64,000 nucleotides of DNA from Spirochaetia bacterium (GCA_045606105.1 JAZURI010000002.1:192001-256000); one strand, 5' to 3'; counted from the first letter of the stretch, positions 38,796 through 50,320 are shown. Made by a program: numbers and translations. Notes: generated by a model from the sequence alone, not told the origin.

Positions 38796-41456
38796 TTATG
38801 ATAATTCTGCAAGGTAGCTTTTCTTCTTCTCGATGAGAACTGTAAGCTCTTCCTTTGCTGCCTGCTCTTTTTCAATGGCATCAGGCTTTGCCTTACTCAT
38901 GAATTCAGGATTTTCAAGCTTTTTCAGAGATTTCTGAAGCAGCTTCTCGCTTTTTGCGATATCGTTTTTCAGCTTTGCGATTTCCTGAGGAATATCGATA
39001 ACATCCTTTACGGAGATATAGGCCTCGAATCCTGCACCTGCAACCATTACACAGCCGCTTTCCTCCGGCTTTCCGGAAACGAACTCCACTGAAGATGCGG
39101 AAATGAGCTGTGCGATGAGAGCACTGTTCCTTGGGAAGAAATCATCCTTTGCAAGAGCTTCATCCAGCTTGAGCATAACCCTTACCTTCTTTGAAGGTGG
39201 TACGGTAAGCTCGCTTCTCATGGTTCTGATGGCACTTACCAGGCTCTGGAGAGATGCAAACTGTGCCGCAATTTCAGGATTCTCCCTTTCCTTCATGTAA
39301 ACAGGATATGGGGCATTTACGATGCTTTCCTCGTGTTCAGGCAGCTTGAGGTAGATTTCCTCGGTGATGAATGAAACAAAAGGATGGAGCATTCTGAGAG
39401 ATTCGCTGAGAACCTGGATAACCATGGAAACTGCCCTGTCCTTCTCCCCGTCGGAGCCGGCATAGAGCGAAAGCTTTGATGCTTCTACATACCAGTAGCA
39501 GAAATCGTTCCAGAAGAATTCGTACATTGCCTTGGCGGCATCGTTGAATCTGTAGCTCTTTATGGCCTTGTCCACTGTTGCCACGGTTTCGTTGAGTCTG
39601 TGAAGAACCCACTTGTCGGCATCGTTAGGTACGATTTCTGAAGCAGGTACAAGGTTTCTTCCCTCAAGGTTCATGAGGATATATCTGGATGCGTTCCAGA
39701 TCTTGTTGGCAAACTTGGAGCCGAACTTGAAGGTCTCCTTGTCGATAAGGATATCCTGTCCCTGGGCTGCCAGGAAGGCCAGTGTGAACTTGAAGGCATC
39801 TGCACCGTATTCGTCGATGATATCCAGCGGGTTGATACCGTTTCCGAGGCTCTTTGACATCTTTCTTCCCAGCTTGTCACGAACCAGACCGTGGATATAG
39901 ATATCGCGGAAAGGAACCTCTCCGGTAAATTCAAGACCTGCCATGATCATTCTGGATACCCAGAAGAAAATGATATCGTAGGCTGTAACCAGTGTTGTTG
40001 TAGGATAGAATGTATTCAGGTCATCGGTTTTCTGAGGCCAGCCCAGTGTGGAGAACGGCCACAGCCAGGATGAGAACCATGTATCGAGAACATCGTTGTC
40101 CTGTTCCAGCTCGTTGCTTCCGCAGTCAGGGCACTTGTCAGGCTCTGTCCTTGCAACAATCATCTTGCCGCACTTGCTGCAGTACCATACAGGGATTCTG
40201 TGTCCCCACCAGAGCTGTCTGGAAATACACCAGTCCCTGATGTTTTCGAGCCAGTGTGTATATGTGTTTTCCCATTTGCGGGGATAGAAGATAATCTCTT
40301 CCTTTTTCCATGCCTCCAGGGCCTTTTCTGCCAGAGGCTTCATCTTTACGAACCACTGGTAGCTGAGATACGGCTCCACTACTGTCTTGCAGCGGTAGCA
40401 GTGTCCTACGGAGTGAACAATCTTTTCCTCTTCCTTGAAAAGTCCCTGATCCTTCAGGTCCTGATTTACCACCTCACGGGCCTCGGCGCAGGTCATGCCT
40501 CTGTATTTCTCAGGGCAGTTCTCGTTGAGTGTTCCGTCCGGATTGAGGATATTGATAATCTCAAGGTTGTGTCTCTTTCCGACTTCCCAGTCGTTAGGGT
40601 CATGGGCCGGTGTTATCTTTACCATACCGGTTCCGAATTCCTTGTCTACATAGGTATCGGCAATGACAGGAATGGTCCTGTCTGTAAGAGGCAGTCTGAG
40701 TCTCTTTCCCACGATAGCCTTGTAGCGCTCGTCATCAGGATGAACAGCTACAGCTGTATCTCCGAGAAGAGTTTCGGGTCTTGTGGTGGCAATCTCGATT
40801 CTTGTGGTTCCGTCCGGTGCAGGTCCGTCGGCAAATTCATACCAGATATGGTACATTGCACCGTCTGTATCGGTATGGTCAACCTCGTCGTCTGCCAGGG
40901 CTGTACCGCATCTCGGACACCAGTTTACGAGATACTGGCCTTTATAGATAAGTCCCCTTTCGTAAAGGGTAACAAAAACCTCCCTTACTGCTGCGGAAAG
41001 TCCCTCATCCATGGTAAAGCGTTCCCTGGACCAGTCGCAGGATGCACCAATCTTCATGAGCTGCTTTGTGATGATGGCATGATGCTCGTGCTTTACATCC
41101 CAGGTCCTTTCCAGAAATTTCTCCCTTCCCAGGTCGTGCTTTGACTTTCCCTCTGCAAGAAGCCTTTTTTCAACGATATTCTGTGTGGCAATACCGGCAT
41201 GGTCTGTTCCCGGTACCCAGAGTGTAGGAATTCCCTGCATTCTGTAATATCTGATAAGAATATCCTGAAGAGAGTTGTTGAGACCGTGTCCCATGTGGAG
41301 AACGCCGGTGACGTTTGGTGGAGGAATGACTATGACGAAAGGTCTGACCCCGTCCTTTTTCCTTGGTTTGAACTGGCCCGAATCCAGCCAGCTTTTATAA
41401 AGTTTGTCCTCAAAATTCTTGGGATCGTAATTCTTCTCAAGCTCGATTGCTTTCAT
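38796..41456 (-). CDS. valS: Valine--tRNA ligase
   Basis: PPPNVTGVLHMGH, DWCISRQLWWGH, KMSKS, C-terminal coiled coil. Confidence 0.98.
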   Translation of the reverse strand: MKAIELEKNYDPKNFEDKLYKSWLDSGQFKPRKKDGVRPFVIVIPPPNVTGVLHMGHGLNNSLQDILIRYYRMQGIPTLWVPGTDHAGIATQNIVEKRLLAEGKSKHDLGREKFLERTWDVKHEHHAIITKQLMKIGASCDWSRERFTMDEGLSAAVREVFVTLYERGLIYKGQYLVNWCPRCGTALADDEVDHTDTDGAMYHIWYEFADGPAPDGTTRIEIATTRPETLLGDTAVAVHPDDERYKAIVGKRLRLPLTDRTIPVIADTYVDKEFGTGMVKITPAHDPNDWEVGKRHNLEIINILNPDGTLNENCPEKYRGMTCAEAREVVNQDLKDQGLFKEEEKIVHSVGHCYRCKTVVEPYLSYQWFVKMKPLAEKALEAWKKEEIIFYPRKWENTYTHWLENIRDWCISRQLWWGHRIPVWYCSKCGKMIVARTEPDKCPDCGSNELEQDNDVLDTWFSSWLWPFSTLGWPQKTDDLNTFYPTTTLVTAYDIIFFWVSRMIMAGLEFTGEVPFRDIYIHGLVRDKLGRKMSKSLGNGINPLDIIDEYGADAFKFTLAFLAAQGQDILIDKETFKFGSKFANKIWNASRYILMNLEGRNLVPASEIVPNDADKWVLHRLNETVATVDKAIKSYRFNDAAKAMYEFFWNDFCYWYVEASKLSLYAGSDGEKDRAVSMVIQVLSESLRMLHPFVSFITEEIYLKLPEHEESIVNAPYPVYMKERENPEIAAQFASLQSLVSAIRTMRSELTVPPSKKVRVMLKLDEALAKDDFFPRNSALIAQLISASSVEFVSGKPEESGCVMVAGAGFEAYISVKDVIDIPQEIAKLKNDIAKSEKLLQKSLKKLENPEFMSKAKPDAIEKEQAAKEELTVLIEKKKSYLAELS

Positions 41457-41599
41457 AAGTAAAAATTCCTCCTGATAAATAATATTATTATATTATCATA
41501 TATAAAAGAACCATTCAATAATCCGCGCACAATAAATAATTCTTTAAAGGAGTGGCAAAAAACTCCTTTATCCTGTAGAATGGAACAAAGGAGAGAAAG

Positions 41600-43003
41600 T
41601 TGGAATACAGAACTGAATCGGATTCAATGGGAGAAATCAAGGTTCCCGCAGAAGCATACTGGGGAGCACAGACCCAGAGATCCCTGGAAAACTTCAGGAT
41701 CGGTACTGAAAAGTTCACACCGGAAATAATCAGGGCATTTGCCGTTCTCAAGAAGGGTGCCGCAATGGCAAACCGTGAAACAGGCAAGCTTTCGGATGAA
41801 AAGACAGAGGCCATAGTACAGGCCTGTGACGAAATCATCGCAGGAAAGATGGCAGACCAGTTCCCTCTTGCGGTATGGCAGACAGGAAGCGGTACCCAGA
41901 CCAACATGAACCTGAACGAGGTCATTTCCAACAGGGCCATTGAAATAATGGGGGGAACCAGGGGCTCAAAGAAGCCGGTTCATCCCAATGATGATGTAAA
42001 CATGGCCCAGTCCTCCAACGACACCTTCCCTACAGCCATGCATATCGCCGCCGCTGAGGTTACCGTAAAAAAGCTTATCCCGTCTCTCCGAAGCCTTGCA
42101 GACTGCATCGGAAAAAAAAGCGAGGAGTTCGGCGATATAATCAAGTGCGGAAGAACCCATCTCCAGGATGCGGTTCCACTGACATTGGGACAGGAATTTT
42201 CAGGATATAAGTATCAGCTTGAAACTGCCATGCAGAGAATAAAGGATGCACTGGAGGAGGTATACATCCTGGCCATCGGAGGTACTGCGGTGGGAACAGG
42301 ACTCAACACCTACGAGGGCTTTGCAGCCAGGACCTCTGGGTACATTTCGGAAATGACGGGGCTTCCTTTCAGGGAGAGTCCCAACAAGTTCGCATCCCTG
42401 GCATCCCATGAGCCTATGGCCGCCCTGGGAGGAGCCTTTGCTTCCCTGGCCGCAGCTCTCATGAAGATTGCAAACGACATACGGTGGATGGCATCGGGAC
42501 CAAGATGCGGAATCGGAGAGCTCCTTATCCCCGAAAACGAGCCGGGAAGCTCCATCATGCCGGGAAAGGTAAATCCTACCCAGTGCGAGGCCCTTACCAT
42601 GGTGGCAGTACAGGTAATGGGAAACTGCAATACCGTGAACATTGCCGCATCCCAGGGCAATTTCGAGCTCAATGTATTCAAGCCGGTGATTATCCACAAC
42701 ATACTCCAGTCGGCAAACCTTCTGGCCGATGCCATGGAGAGCTTCGAAAAGCACTGCTTCTCCGGAATCAGAGCCAACAGGAAGCAGATAAAGCAGTATC
42801 TGGACAACTCCCTGATGCTGGTTACCGCACTCAACCGCCATATCGGCTATGAGAATTCGGCCGCCATTGCAAAAAGTGCGTATAAAAGCGGACGGACCCT
42901 GAAGGAATCGGCCATGGAAACAGCCCTTTTCACAGAGGCAGAATTTGACAGGATAGTGGATCCGGCAAAAATGATATCACCATCCAGGCTTGACAAGAAA
43001 TGA
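41600..43003 (+). CDS. fumC: Fumarate hydratase class II
   Basis: [42 protein letters not shown]; TTG start with AAGGAG SD. Confidence 0.96.
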   Translation: MEYRTESDSMGEIKVPAEAYWGAQTQRSLENFRIGTEKFTPEIIRAFAVLKKGAAMANRETGKLSDEKTEAIVQACDEIIAGKMADQFPLAVWQTGSGTQTNMNLNEVISNRAIEIMGGTRGSKKPVHPNDDVNMAQSSNDTFPTAMHIAAAEVTVKKLIPSLRSLADCIGKKSEEFGDIIKCGRTHLQDAVPLTLGQEFSGYKYQLETAMQRIKDALEEVYILAIGGTAVGTGLNTYEGFAARTSGYISEMTGLPFRESPNKFASLASHEPMAALGGAFASLAAALMKIANDIRWMASGPRCGIGELLIPENEPGSSIMPGKVNPTQCEALTMVAVQVMGNCNTVNIAASQGNFELNVFKPVIIHNILQSANLLADAMESFEKHCFSGIRANRKQIKQYLDNSLMLVTALNRHIGYENSAAIAKSAYKSGRTLKESAMETALFTEAEFDRIVDPAKMISPSRLDKK

Positions 43004-43719
43004 ACATTATCCTTTTCGACAGCCGGGAAAATCTGACTCATCTTCCATACGGGGATATCCGGGAAAAGCATATAAGGGAAATCCTGAAGCTGAAGCCGGG
43101 TGACAGCTTTGAAGGGGGCGTCATCAACAGCAGCTATGTGAGGTTCACCGTCAGGGAGATAAATCAGGAGGGAATCCTTCTAGAGCCTGAAATACTGGAC
43201 CGCCCGGTAAAGCCCGAATATCCGATCTCAGTCTTCTCTTCCATAATCCGTCCCATTGATGCAAAACGGATTTTCAGGAACCTTTCCGTGGTAGGGGCCG
43301 AAAAGATATTCATGGGAAAAACCGACAAGACCGAAAAATCCTATTCGGACGGAAAGCTCTGGTCCGAAGAGAAATACTTTCCGCTTCTCCTGGAGGGGGC
43401 TCAGCAGGGCTTTACCCCATATATTCCTGAGGTGGGAATCCATTATTCGCTGGATACTTTCCTTAAAAAAAGGGCCGGTGAATTCGACAATCTCATAGCC
43501 CTGGACAACTACAGGTTCAGCTGTCCAATAAGCAAAGCCGTGCTCAGACCGGGAAAGACACTGATGGCCGTAGGAGGAGAACGGGGCTGGAGCGACCGGG
43601 AAAGAGACCTGCTGGAGGAATACGGATTTACCCTCTGCAGCATGGGAAACCGGATCCTGAGAACAGAACAGGCCTGCCTGTACGGATTTGCGGTACTGGC
43701 CTCAAGATGGTGGAATTAA
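43000..43719 (+). CDS. rsmE: RsmE family 16S rRNA m3U1498 methyltransferase (SPOUT)
   Basis: [33 protein letters not shown]. Confidence 0.85.
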   Translation: MNIILFDSRENLTHLPYGDIREKHIREILKLKPGDSFEGGVINSSYVRFTVREINQEGILLEPEILDRPVKPEYPISVFSSIIRPIDAKRIFRNLSVVGAEKIFMGKTDKTEKSYSDGKLWSEEKYFPLLLEGAQQGFTPYIPEVGIHYSLDTFLKKRAGEFDNLIALDNYRFSCPISKAVLRPGKTLMAVGGERGWSDRERDLLEEYGFTLCSMGNRILRTEQACLYGFAVLASRWWN

Positions 43720-43843
43720 CAAAGTATACTTTTAAAACATATTGATATCATTCACTTAGCAAAGTCTGCTTTTATAATTATTCAACTTTTTGACTGTTTT
43801 TTATTTTGTCTTTTATTGTTTTTTATGATATAATACCCTAATT

Positions 43844-45265
43844 ATGATTAATGCTATGGATACTCTTCGTCAGGCAATCAATGCTTTCAGTGGTTTTCTT
43901 TACACACCATGGGTTCCTCTTCTGTTGGTAGCAGGAGGATTTTATCTTACATTCAGAACCGGTTTTATTCAGCTCCGTCTTCTGAAGGAATCAATAAAGG
44001 TAGTAACCGAAAAACCAAAGGAAAAAAATTCTGTCTCCTCCTTCGGTGCCCTTATGGTTTCCACAGCAAGCCGTGTAGGTACGGGAAACATCATCGGAGT
44101 TTCATCTGCCATCTGTCTCGGAGGCATAGGTGCTGTTTTCTGGATGTGGTTCATAGCTGTAATCGGCGGTGCTTCAGCCTTTGTTGAATCTACCCTTGCA
44201 CAGATTTATAAAAGAAAAAATCCGGACGGCTCAAGCTACGGCGGCCCTTCATTCTATATGGAAACAGCCCTGAAGCAGAGATGGCTGGGAATTATTTTTG
44301 CAGTCATAATCATTCTGACATATGCTGTAGGATACAATGCCCTGGCCTCCTTTAACCTGCAGTCAACATTTTCAGGCTTTTCATATTATGATGAAAAGAT
44401 GTCACCTGCTATTATAGGCCTGATACTGGCGGTTCTGTTTGCGGCATGTGTTCTGGGAAGCGGAAAAAAGCTGGTAAAGGTAGCCACCGTCCTTGTACCG
44501 GCCATGGGTGTCATTTATATTTCTGTAGCCATTATCATAACAATCATGCATATCGGAAGACTTCCGGCAATGCTTTCAGCCATGATGGCCGATGCCTTTG
44601 ACTTTCAGGCAATCCTGGGAGGTTTCGGAGGTTCATGTCTGGCTTACGGTGTAAAGAGAGGTCTCTACTCCAATGAAGCAGGTATGGGATCTGCCCCTAA
44701 TGCAGCTGCAACAGCAGATGTTTCCCATCCGGTAAAGCAGGGTCTGGTACAGATGCTTTCAGTATTCATCGATACAATCCTTGTATGTTCCGCAACAGCA
44801 TTCATGTGTCTGCTCTCCGATGTAGAGCCTGCAGCAGAAATTGCAGGTGCGGTTTATGTACAGAAAGCCCTTTATTCAAACCTGGGAAATATCGGTCCGG
44901 TCTTCATATGTGTCAGCATGTCCCTTTTCGCATTCACTACCCTTATAGGAAACTATTCCTACTGTGAGGGATGTCTCAGCTATATCCTCAAACGGGAGCC
45001 AAGCAATATCACCCGTATTCTTTTCAGGCTGGGAGCAAGCTTCATCGTCTTTGCCGGAGCCATTGTACAGATGGGACTGGTATGGGATACGGCAGATCTT
45101 CTGCAGGCCCTGATGGTAGTAATCAATATTCCGGTCATCGTGATTCTGGGAAATACCGCAGTCAAGGCACTTAAGGACTATATGAATCAGAAGAAAGAAG
45201 GAAAGGATCCTGTTTTTAAGGCAAAAAATATTGAGCTGAAGGAAAAGACCGACTTCTGGAACTGA
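43844..45265 (+). CDS. Alanine/glycine:cation symporter (AlsT/AgcS family)
   Basis: ASRVGTGNI, GAVFWMW, ESTLAQ, GGP, KRGLYSNEAGMGSAP, FIDT. Confidence 0.93.
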   Translation: MINAMDTLRQAINAFSGFLYTPWVPLLLVAGGFYLTFRTGFIQLRLLKESIKVVTEKPKEKNSVSSFGALMVSTASRVGTGNIIGVSSAICLGGIGAVFWMWFIAVIGGASAFVESTLAQIYKRKNPDGSSYGGPSFYMETALKQRWLGIIFAVIIILTYAVGYNALASFNLQSTFSGFSYYDEKMSPAIIGLILAVLFAACVLGSGKKLVKVATVLVPAMGVIYISVAIIITIMHIGRLPAMLSAMMADAFDFQAILGGFGGSCLAYGVKRGLYSNEAGMGSAPNAAATADVSHPVKQGLVQMLSVFIDTILVCSATAFMCLLSDVEPAAEIAGAVYVQKALYSNLGNIGPVFICVSMSLFAFTTLIGNYSYCEGCLSYILKREPSNITRILFRLGASFIVFAGAIVQMGLVWDTADLLQALMVVINIPVIVILGNTAVKALKDYMNQKKEGKDPVFKAKNIELKEKTDFWN

Positions 45266-45276
45266 AACCTGTAATT

Positions 45277-46595
45277 GTGGAAAAACCGACACCAAGTACA
45301 CAGATATTGAAAAAGCTGACAGCATTTTCCGTTCCTTTGATAATGAGCGGATTGCTTCAGCAGCTTTTCAACTGGGTGGATGCCCTGATTGTAGGAAATT
45401 TCATCGGGGAAAAGGCTCTGGCCGGTATCGGTTCCACCACCTCCTTGTATAACCTTTTCATAACTGTTATTGTCGGCTTCACATCAGGACTGACCGTTCT
45501 GTTTGCAAAGCAGTACGGAGCCGGCACACACAGTGACAATGCAGGACTCCTGGCCCGGTTTTCCGTAGCTGTGACAGCTGTATTTACAGTTATAGCCGTA
45601 ACCGGGATGATTTTTCTGGAAGCCGTGCTCAGAATGATGGATACACCGGAGCTGCTGCTCGATTATGCGGAAAGCTATCTTGTCATTGTCCTGGCAGCCA
45701 TCCCTTTTCTTGCCCTTTACAACACCTACTCCGCCGCCCTCAGGGGTATGGGAAACAGTACGGTGCCTTTTATTGCCGTACTGGTATCATCGTTGACAAA
45801 CGGGCTGCTGGATTACATATTTATCGTGTTTTTCGGCATGGGTGTGGAAGGAGCAGCGGCCGCCACCCTTGTTTCAGCAGCGGTAATGACTCTATTTGTT
45901 GTAGCCTACACTGTCATAAAGCATCCGGAAATGAGATTCTCCCCTTTCAGCTGCGGCCGGTACCGGAAATTGTCAGGCATCGGGAGCCGGTACGGAATGC
46001 CCCGGCCGTCCAGGGAAGCATAACCTCTGTAGGAAACCTCTTCCTGCAGAGATTCATGAACAGCTTCGGGGAACAGACAGTGGCAGCAATCACCACGGCA
46101 TACAGAGTCGATTCCATGCTGCTGCTCCCGGTCATCAACTTCAGTACCGCCATATCCACCATGACAGCCCAGGAAACCGGAGCCGGCAACCATGAAAATG
46201 CAAAAAAAATCTTCAGGACCGGAACTGTAATGATGACAGTCATCTCCTTTATCCTGGCGGCAGTTATCCTTCTTGCAGGAAAAACCATGCTGAGAATGTT
46301 CGGTCTGACAGAGGAATCCACAGCTATCGGAGAGAATTTTTTCCGTACCATTGCAGCCTTCTACATTGTTTACGGACTGAGCATGGGCATCAAGGGCTAT
46401 CTGGAAGGAAGATCCGATCTGCTATTTTCGGGAATTGCGGGAATATCGGCCCTGGGTGTCCGCATCATCTGCTCCTACCTCTTTGCCGGAATTTGGGGAA
46501 ACATGGTAATCGCCTATGCGGAAGGAATTTCCTGGGTATTCCTGCTGGCGGTTTTTATCTGCAGATATATAAGGAAAAGAAAAAATGAGCGTTGA
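45277..46595 (+). pseudogene. MATE family efflux transporter, split by a 1-bp frameshift
   Basis: ORFs 45277-46023 and 46056-46595 are the two halves of one MATE protein. One extra C in the C4 run at 46000-46003 restores MPPAVQGSITSVGNLFLQRFMNSFG. Confidence 0.85.
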
Positions 46596-46746
46596 TAAAC
46601 ATGATGAATGGTACAGGAAACAAGTTGATGAAGTTATTAAAAGAAGAAATTGATTCTACATTCATATCTTATGATTGTGAATTTACAGAAGCTTCTTCAA
46701 CAAAGATGTGCGTATGAATGAGTTTGCTGCTGATATGAAATCTATT

Positions 46747-48891
46747 TTATAACAGCAGCAGGCCGGCTTCTTCCAAATCCAGCCACAGTTCGTTTTCCAG
46801 AAGATCTTCCCTGTTCTCGGCTATTCCTTCCGGCAGGGAATCCAGCCAATATTCCAGGCTCCTGTGTTCAGCCGCATCTACAGAGCTTTCCTCCAGAAGT
46901 CTGAAAATCCAGTCTGCCAGCTCCTGCGGCAGTTCCTCGTAGGAAATGTCTCCCGTCTTTCCTGCAAAACTGAGGGTTTCATTTTCAAGTACCGGTTTTG
47001 TTCCCAGCCAGATGCATTTTTTCTTCATATCACGCTTTTTTTCAGAGTTAAGGATCGATTTTACATAATTGGGTTTAACCCTGCATTGTATATTGAGCCA
47101 TTGTGTTGCAGGCATTTCCAGGCTGTTTACGAAATTGAAGTTATAGACTGCCGCATTCAGTGCTTCCCCTATCCTGTCCAGCTGCTTAAGAGGAATTGTC
47201 TCCTTATGTCCTATGTCGTAATCGGTAAGCCTGCCCTCTTTTCCGATGATTCCTGTTACACCGAACTTTTCGGGACACCGGTATATCTCGCTGTGTACCG
47301 TAAGTCCGAAGCGGTGAAAAAATACGGAATGTATAATCCTTTTCAGGAACATCTGCCGTACCACCTCCAGGGTCTGGGCAATTTCCTCTGGCTTTTCCCC
47401 CGGAAAACCGTAAATCAGATAACCGTGAACCAATATACCGGCCTCTGCAAACCGGCTTGAAACACGGACTATGTTTTCCACATTTGTCTTCTTGTTCATA
47501 AGCTCCAGAATGCGGTTGCAGCCCGATTCCATTCCTCCGGTAACAGCAATGCATCCGGCATGAGCCATCAAGCGCGGCAGGTCGGAGTCAAAGACCTTGT
47601 CAAACCTGATATTTCCCCACCAGATAATATTAAGGCCTCTTCTTATGATTTCAAGACAGAACTCCCTGAGTACAGATGCAGGCATGGCCTCGTCCACAAA
47701 ATGAAAAGTACGGATTCCTGTCTCCTTCATGAGCTTTTCCACGCTGTCTGCCAGGAAAATCCCGTTTTCAGCCCTGTATTCGGCAATGTAGCTGAGAGCA
47801 GTATCGCAGAAGGTACACCCGTGATGATAGCATCCGTGAGCCATCCTGAGCTTAAGGTAAATACGCTGGGACCAGAGTGAATGCATGGGATTGACAGATT
47901 CCCTGAGGGTGAAATATGAATCCAGGGGCAGCCCGGTATAATCGGGAACAAAAGAGTTTTCATAATCCATGGTATCATTTCCGGAATAACAGATACAGTC
48001 ATCTTCGAGATAAAAGGTTCTGACCAGAGAATCGGCAGTGCATTTTCCCTCCAGATGTTCAGCCAGCTTCATAAGAGGAAGCTCGCCGTCGTCAAGGACA
48101 AAGTAATCCACAAATTCAAAAAGTCTTTTTTCCTTTATATTCCTGAGTCCGGTATTGATGAAACCGCCACCCAGCACAATCTTTATCTGAGGGTTGATGA
48201 TCTTCAATATCTGAGCAGCCTTCAAAGCCATACAGAAGTTTCCCGGAAAGGGAACGGAAATACCTACAAACAGGCACTCTTCAAGATCGGTTTCTCCGAG
48301 ATAACCGGCAAGCCACCGGGTCAGAAGATCCTCCTTCCCCAGAAATGAAGCAATGTCATCGTAGGTCAGGCTGCTGCTTTCGGCTATGGATGCGGCGTAG
48401 CAGGAAAGACCGAAATCGGGAAGAACGGTGTTACGGCAAAGGTCTGTCAGGTCATCAATGAACAGGGATGCAAGATGAACCGCCTCCTCGCTGCTGTCGT
48501 TCCTGAGTTCCAGATTTTCAAGCTCGTCAAAACGGGCCCCTTCAGGCAGATATGTACGGGAAAGGATTCTGTGTGAAAGCTGGGGATATTTTCCCTGAAG
48601 AAAGGATATCACAGGTTCGATGACAGAAATATACTGTTCCTTTTTCACAATAAATGAAGCCAGCGGCTCGGAAAGCTCTATCCTTCCCTCTTCCAGCGCT
48701 TTTTCTATTTCGGCAAACAGTTCCGAAAGTCCGGCCTTTGAAAACAGCTTCAAGGCTGTCCGGATTGACAGATCGTGCTGCTCCGTCCTGAAATTCTCCT
48801 GCTCCAGGGCCCCTTTCAGAAAGGCTGTGGCCGGATACGGAGATGAAAGCTGTACAAACGGTACTGTCATAAGAACGATTTTTTTCTGCAT
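46747..48891 (-). CDS. Radical SAM protein with an N-terminal B12-binding-like domain
   Basis: Start MQKKIV with AAGGA SD; PYPATAFLKG, SVPFPGN, IVLGGG, HGCYHHGCTFCD, FHFVDEA, HGYLIYGFP. Confidence 0.88.
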   Translation of the reverse strand: MQKKIVLMTVPFVQLSSPYPATAFLKGALEQENFRTEQHDLSIRTALKLFSKAGLSELFAEIEKALEEGRIELSEPLASFIVKKEQYISVIEPVISFLQGKYPQLSHRILSRTYLPEGARFDELENLELRNDSSEEAVHLASLFIDDLTDLCRNTVLPDFGLSCYAASIAESSSLTYDDIASFLGKEDLLTRWLAGYLGETDLEECLFVGISVPFPGNFCMALKAAQILKIINPQIKIVLGGGFINTGLRNIKEKRLFEFVDYFVLDDGELPLMKLAEHLEGKCTADSLVRTFYLEDDCICYSGNDTMDYENSFVPDYTGLPLDSYFTLRESVNPMHSLWSQRIYLKLRMAHGCYHHGCTFCDTALSYIAEYRAENGIFLADSVEKLMKETGIRTFHFVDEAMPASVLREFCLEIIRRGLNIIWWGNIRFDKVFDSDLPRLMAHAGCIAVTGGMESGCNRILELMNKKTNVENIVRVSSRFAEAGILVHGYLIYGFPGEKPEEIAQTLEVVRQMFLKRIIHSVFFHRFGLTVHSEIYRCPEKFGVTGIIGKEGRLTDYDIGHKETIPLKQLDRIGEALNAAVYNFNFVNSLEMPATQWLNIQCRVKPNYVKSILNSEKKRDMKKKCIWLGTKPVLENETLSFAGKTGDISYEELPQELADWIFRLLEESSVDAAEHRSLEYWLDSLPEGIAENREDLLENELWLDLEEAGLLLL

Positions 48892-48996
48892 CTTTTTTCC
48901 TTCTGCTTTTATTATATCACAACTGCCTCCGGTTTTACAGTACGGCACAAAATTGTTTTTCTTGACTGCAAAAGGAAACGATACTAAAATATAATC

Positions 48997-49281
48997 ATGG
49001 TTAAATTCTTTTGTAGAATTTTTAAAAAAGTAATTGATATTGTCTGTGTTGTGGTATTAATTATCAACACACTGTTCGGTTTTATCTTTTTCGGAAACAG
49101 CGGCAGTGATTTTTACAGCGGATTCAACTTCGGATCAGCTCTTTTCGGCGGAATCTTGAGTTTTGCATTAACTTTCCTGATACTTATGTTCGTAATTCCT
49201 CCGGTAATGATACTTTTCAGCATCGACAGCAGACTGGAAAATATCGAAAAAAAGATGAATATCGGGAAAGAAGATATCTGA
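48997..49281 (+). CDS. Small hypothetical membrane protein (2 TM)
   Basis: Two hydrophobic segments and an IDSRLENIE tail; TTGACT-17-TAAAAT promoter with ATG 6 nt later. Confidence 0.7.
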   Translation: MVKFFCRIFKKVIDIVCVVVLIINTLFGFIFFGNSGSDFYSGFNFGSALFGGILSFALTFLILMFVIPPVMILFSIDSRLENIEKKMNIGKEDI

Positions 49282-49293
49282 TCAGGGTAAAAC

Positions 49294-50319
49294 ATGCCAC
49301 TTGAAATAGTACGAAACGACATAACAACGATGAAGGTTGATGCCATTGTCAATGCTGCCAACGAGTCCCTTCTGGGGGGCGGCGGTGTGGATGGCTGCAT
49401 ACACAGAGCCGCAGGGCCGGAGCTTCTTGCAGAGTGCCGGACCCTCGGTGGCTGCAGGACAGGGAATGCAAAAATCACGGGAGGCTACAGGCTTCCGGCA
49501 AAATATGTGATTCATACGGTGGGTCCTGTCTACAGGGACGGATTACATGGGGAAAAGGCTCTTCTTGAATCCTGTTACCGGGAATCCCTTTCCCTGGCCT
49601 TGGAAAACGAATGCAGAACTGTGGCCTTTCCTTTGATTTCTTCTGGTATCTACGGTTATCCCAAGGATCAGGCCCTGAAGGTGGCCATCGATATCATCAG
49701 CAGTTTTCTTCTGGAAAACGATATGACTGTCTACATAGTCATCTTTGACAGGAAAGCCTACAGGATCAGTGAAAAGCTTTTTTCCGACATATCTGAATAC
49801 ATAGACGATAATTATGTAGAAAAACATACAGAACCAAAAGCTGAAAGACTCAGGCGACAGAAACTGAACCTCTTTGAAGCTGACATGATATGTGCAACTG
49901 CAAAGATATGTGAAACTACAAAGATAAGCGGCTTCGAAAACTGTACGGACGAACTCAACCGGCTTCTGAAGCAGACTGACGAAAGTTTCTCACAGATGCT
50001 TCTCAGGAAAATCGATGAAAAAGGTCTTACCGATGCCCAATGCTACAAGAAAGCCAACATAGACCGGAAGCTTTTCTCTAAAATCAGGAGCGACAAGTTT
50101 TATAAGCCCAGCAAGCCTACTGTCATAGCCTTTGCCATAGCGCTGGAGCTTTCCCTTGATGAAACAGAGGATATGCTGAGGAAGGCGGGATTTGCCCTTT
50201 CACACAGCAACAAGTTCGACATCATAATCGAATATTTCATAAACCGGGGCATTTACAACATTTTCGAGATCAATGAGGTGCTTTTTGCCTTTGACCAGAA
50301 TCTTTTGGGAGCAGGATAA
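49294..50319 (+). CDS. MacroD-type macrodomain (ADP-ribose binding/hydrolase) fused to a C-terminal XRE-like HTH domain
   Basis: [44 protein letters not shown]; C-terminal [37 protein letters not shown]-like region. Confidence 0.9.
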   Translation: MPLEIVRNDITTMKVDAIVNAANESLLGGGGVDGCIHRAAGPELLAECRTLGGCRTGNAKITGGYRLPAKYVIHTVGPVYRDGLHGEKALLESCYRESLSLALENECRTVAFPLISSGIYGYPKDQALKVAIDIISSFLLENDMTVYIVIFDRKAYRISEKLFSDISEYIDDNYVEKHTEPKAERLRRQKLNLFEADMICATAKICETTKISGFENCTDELNRLLKQTDESFSQMLLRKIDEKGLTDAQCYKKANIDRKLFSKIRSDKFYKPSKPTVIAFAIALELSLDETEDMLRKAGFALSHSNKFDIIIEYFINRGIYNIFEINEVLFAFDQNLLGAG

Positions 50320-50320
50320 A

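Noticed and set aside
37542-38801. 419-aa plus-strand ORF (also 31648-32796 and 40200-41144)
   Set aside because: Antisense to proS, the SpoIIE gene and valS; explained by codon bias on the coding strand.
41457-41599. T-box leaders for valS or the other synthetases
   Set aside because: No GGTGGNACCGCG T-box sequence, and the intergenic spaces are too short.
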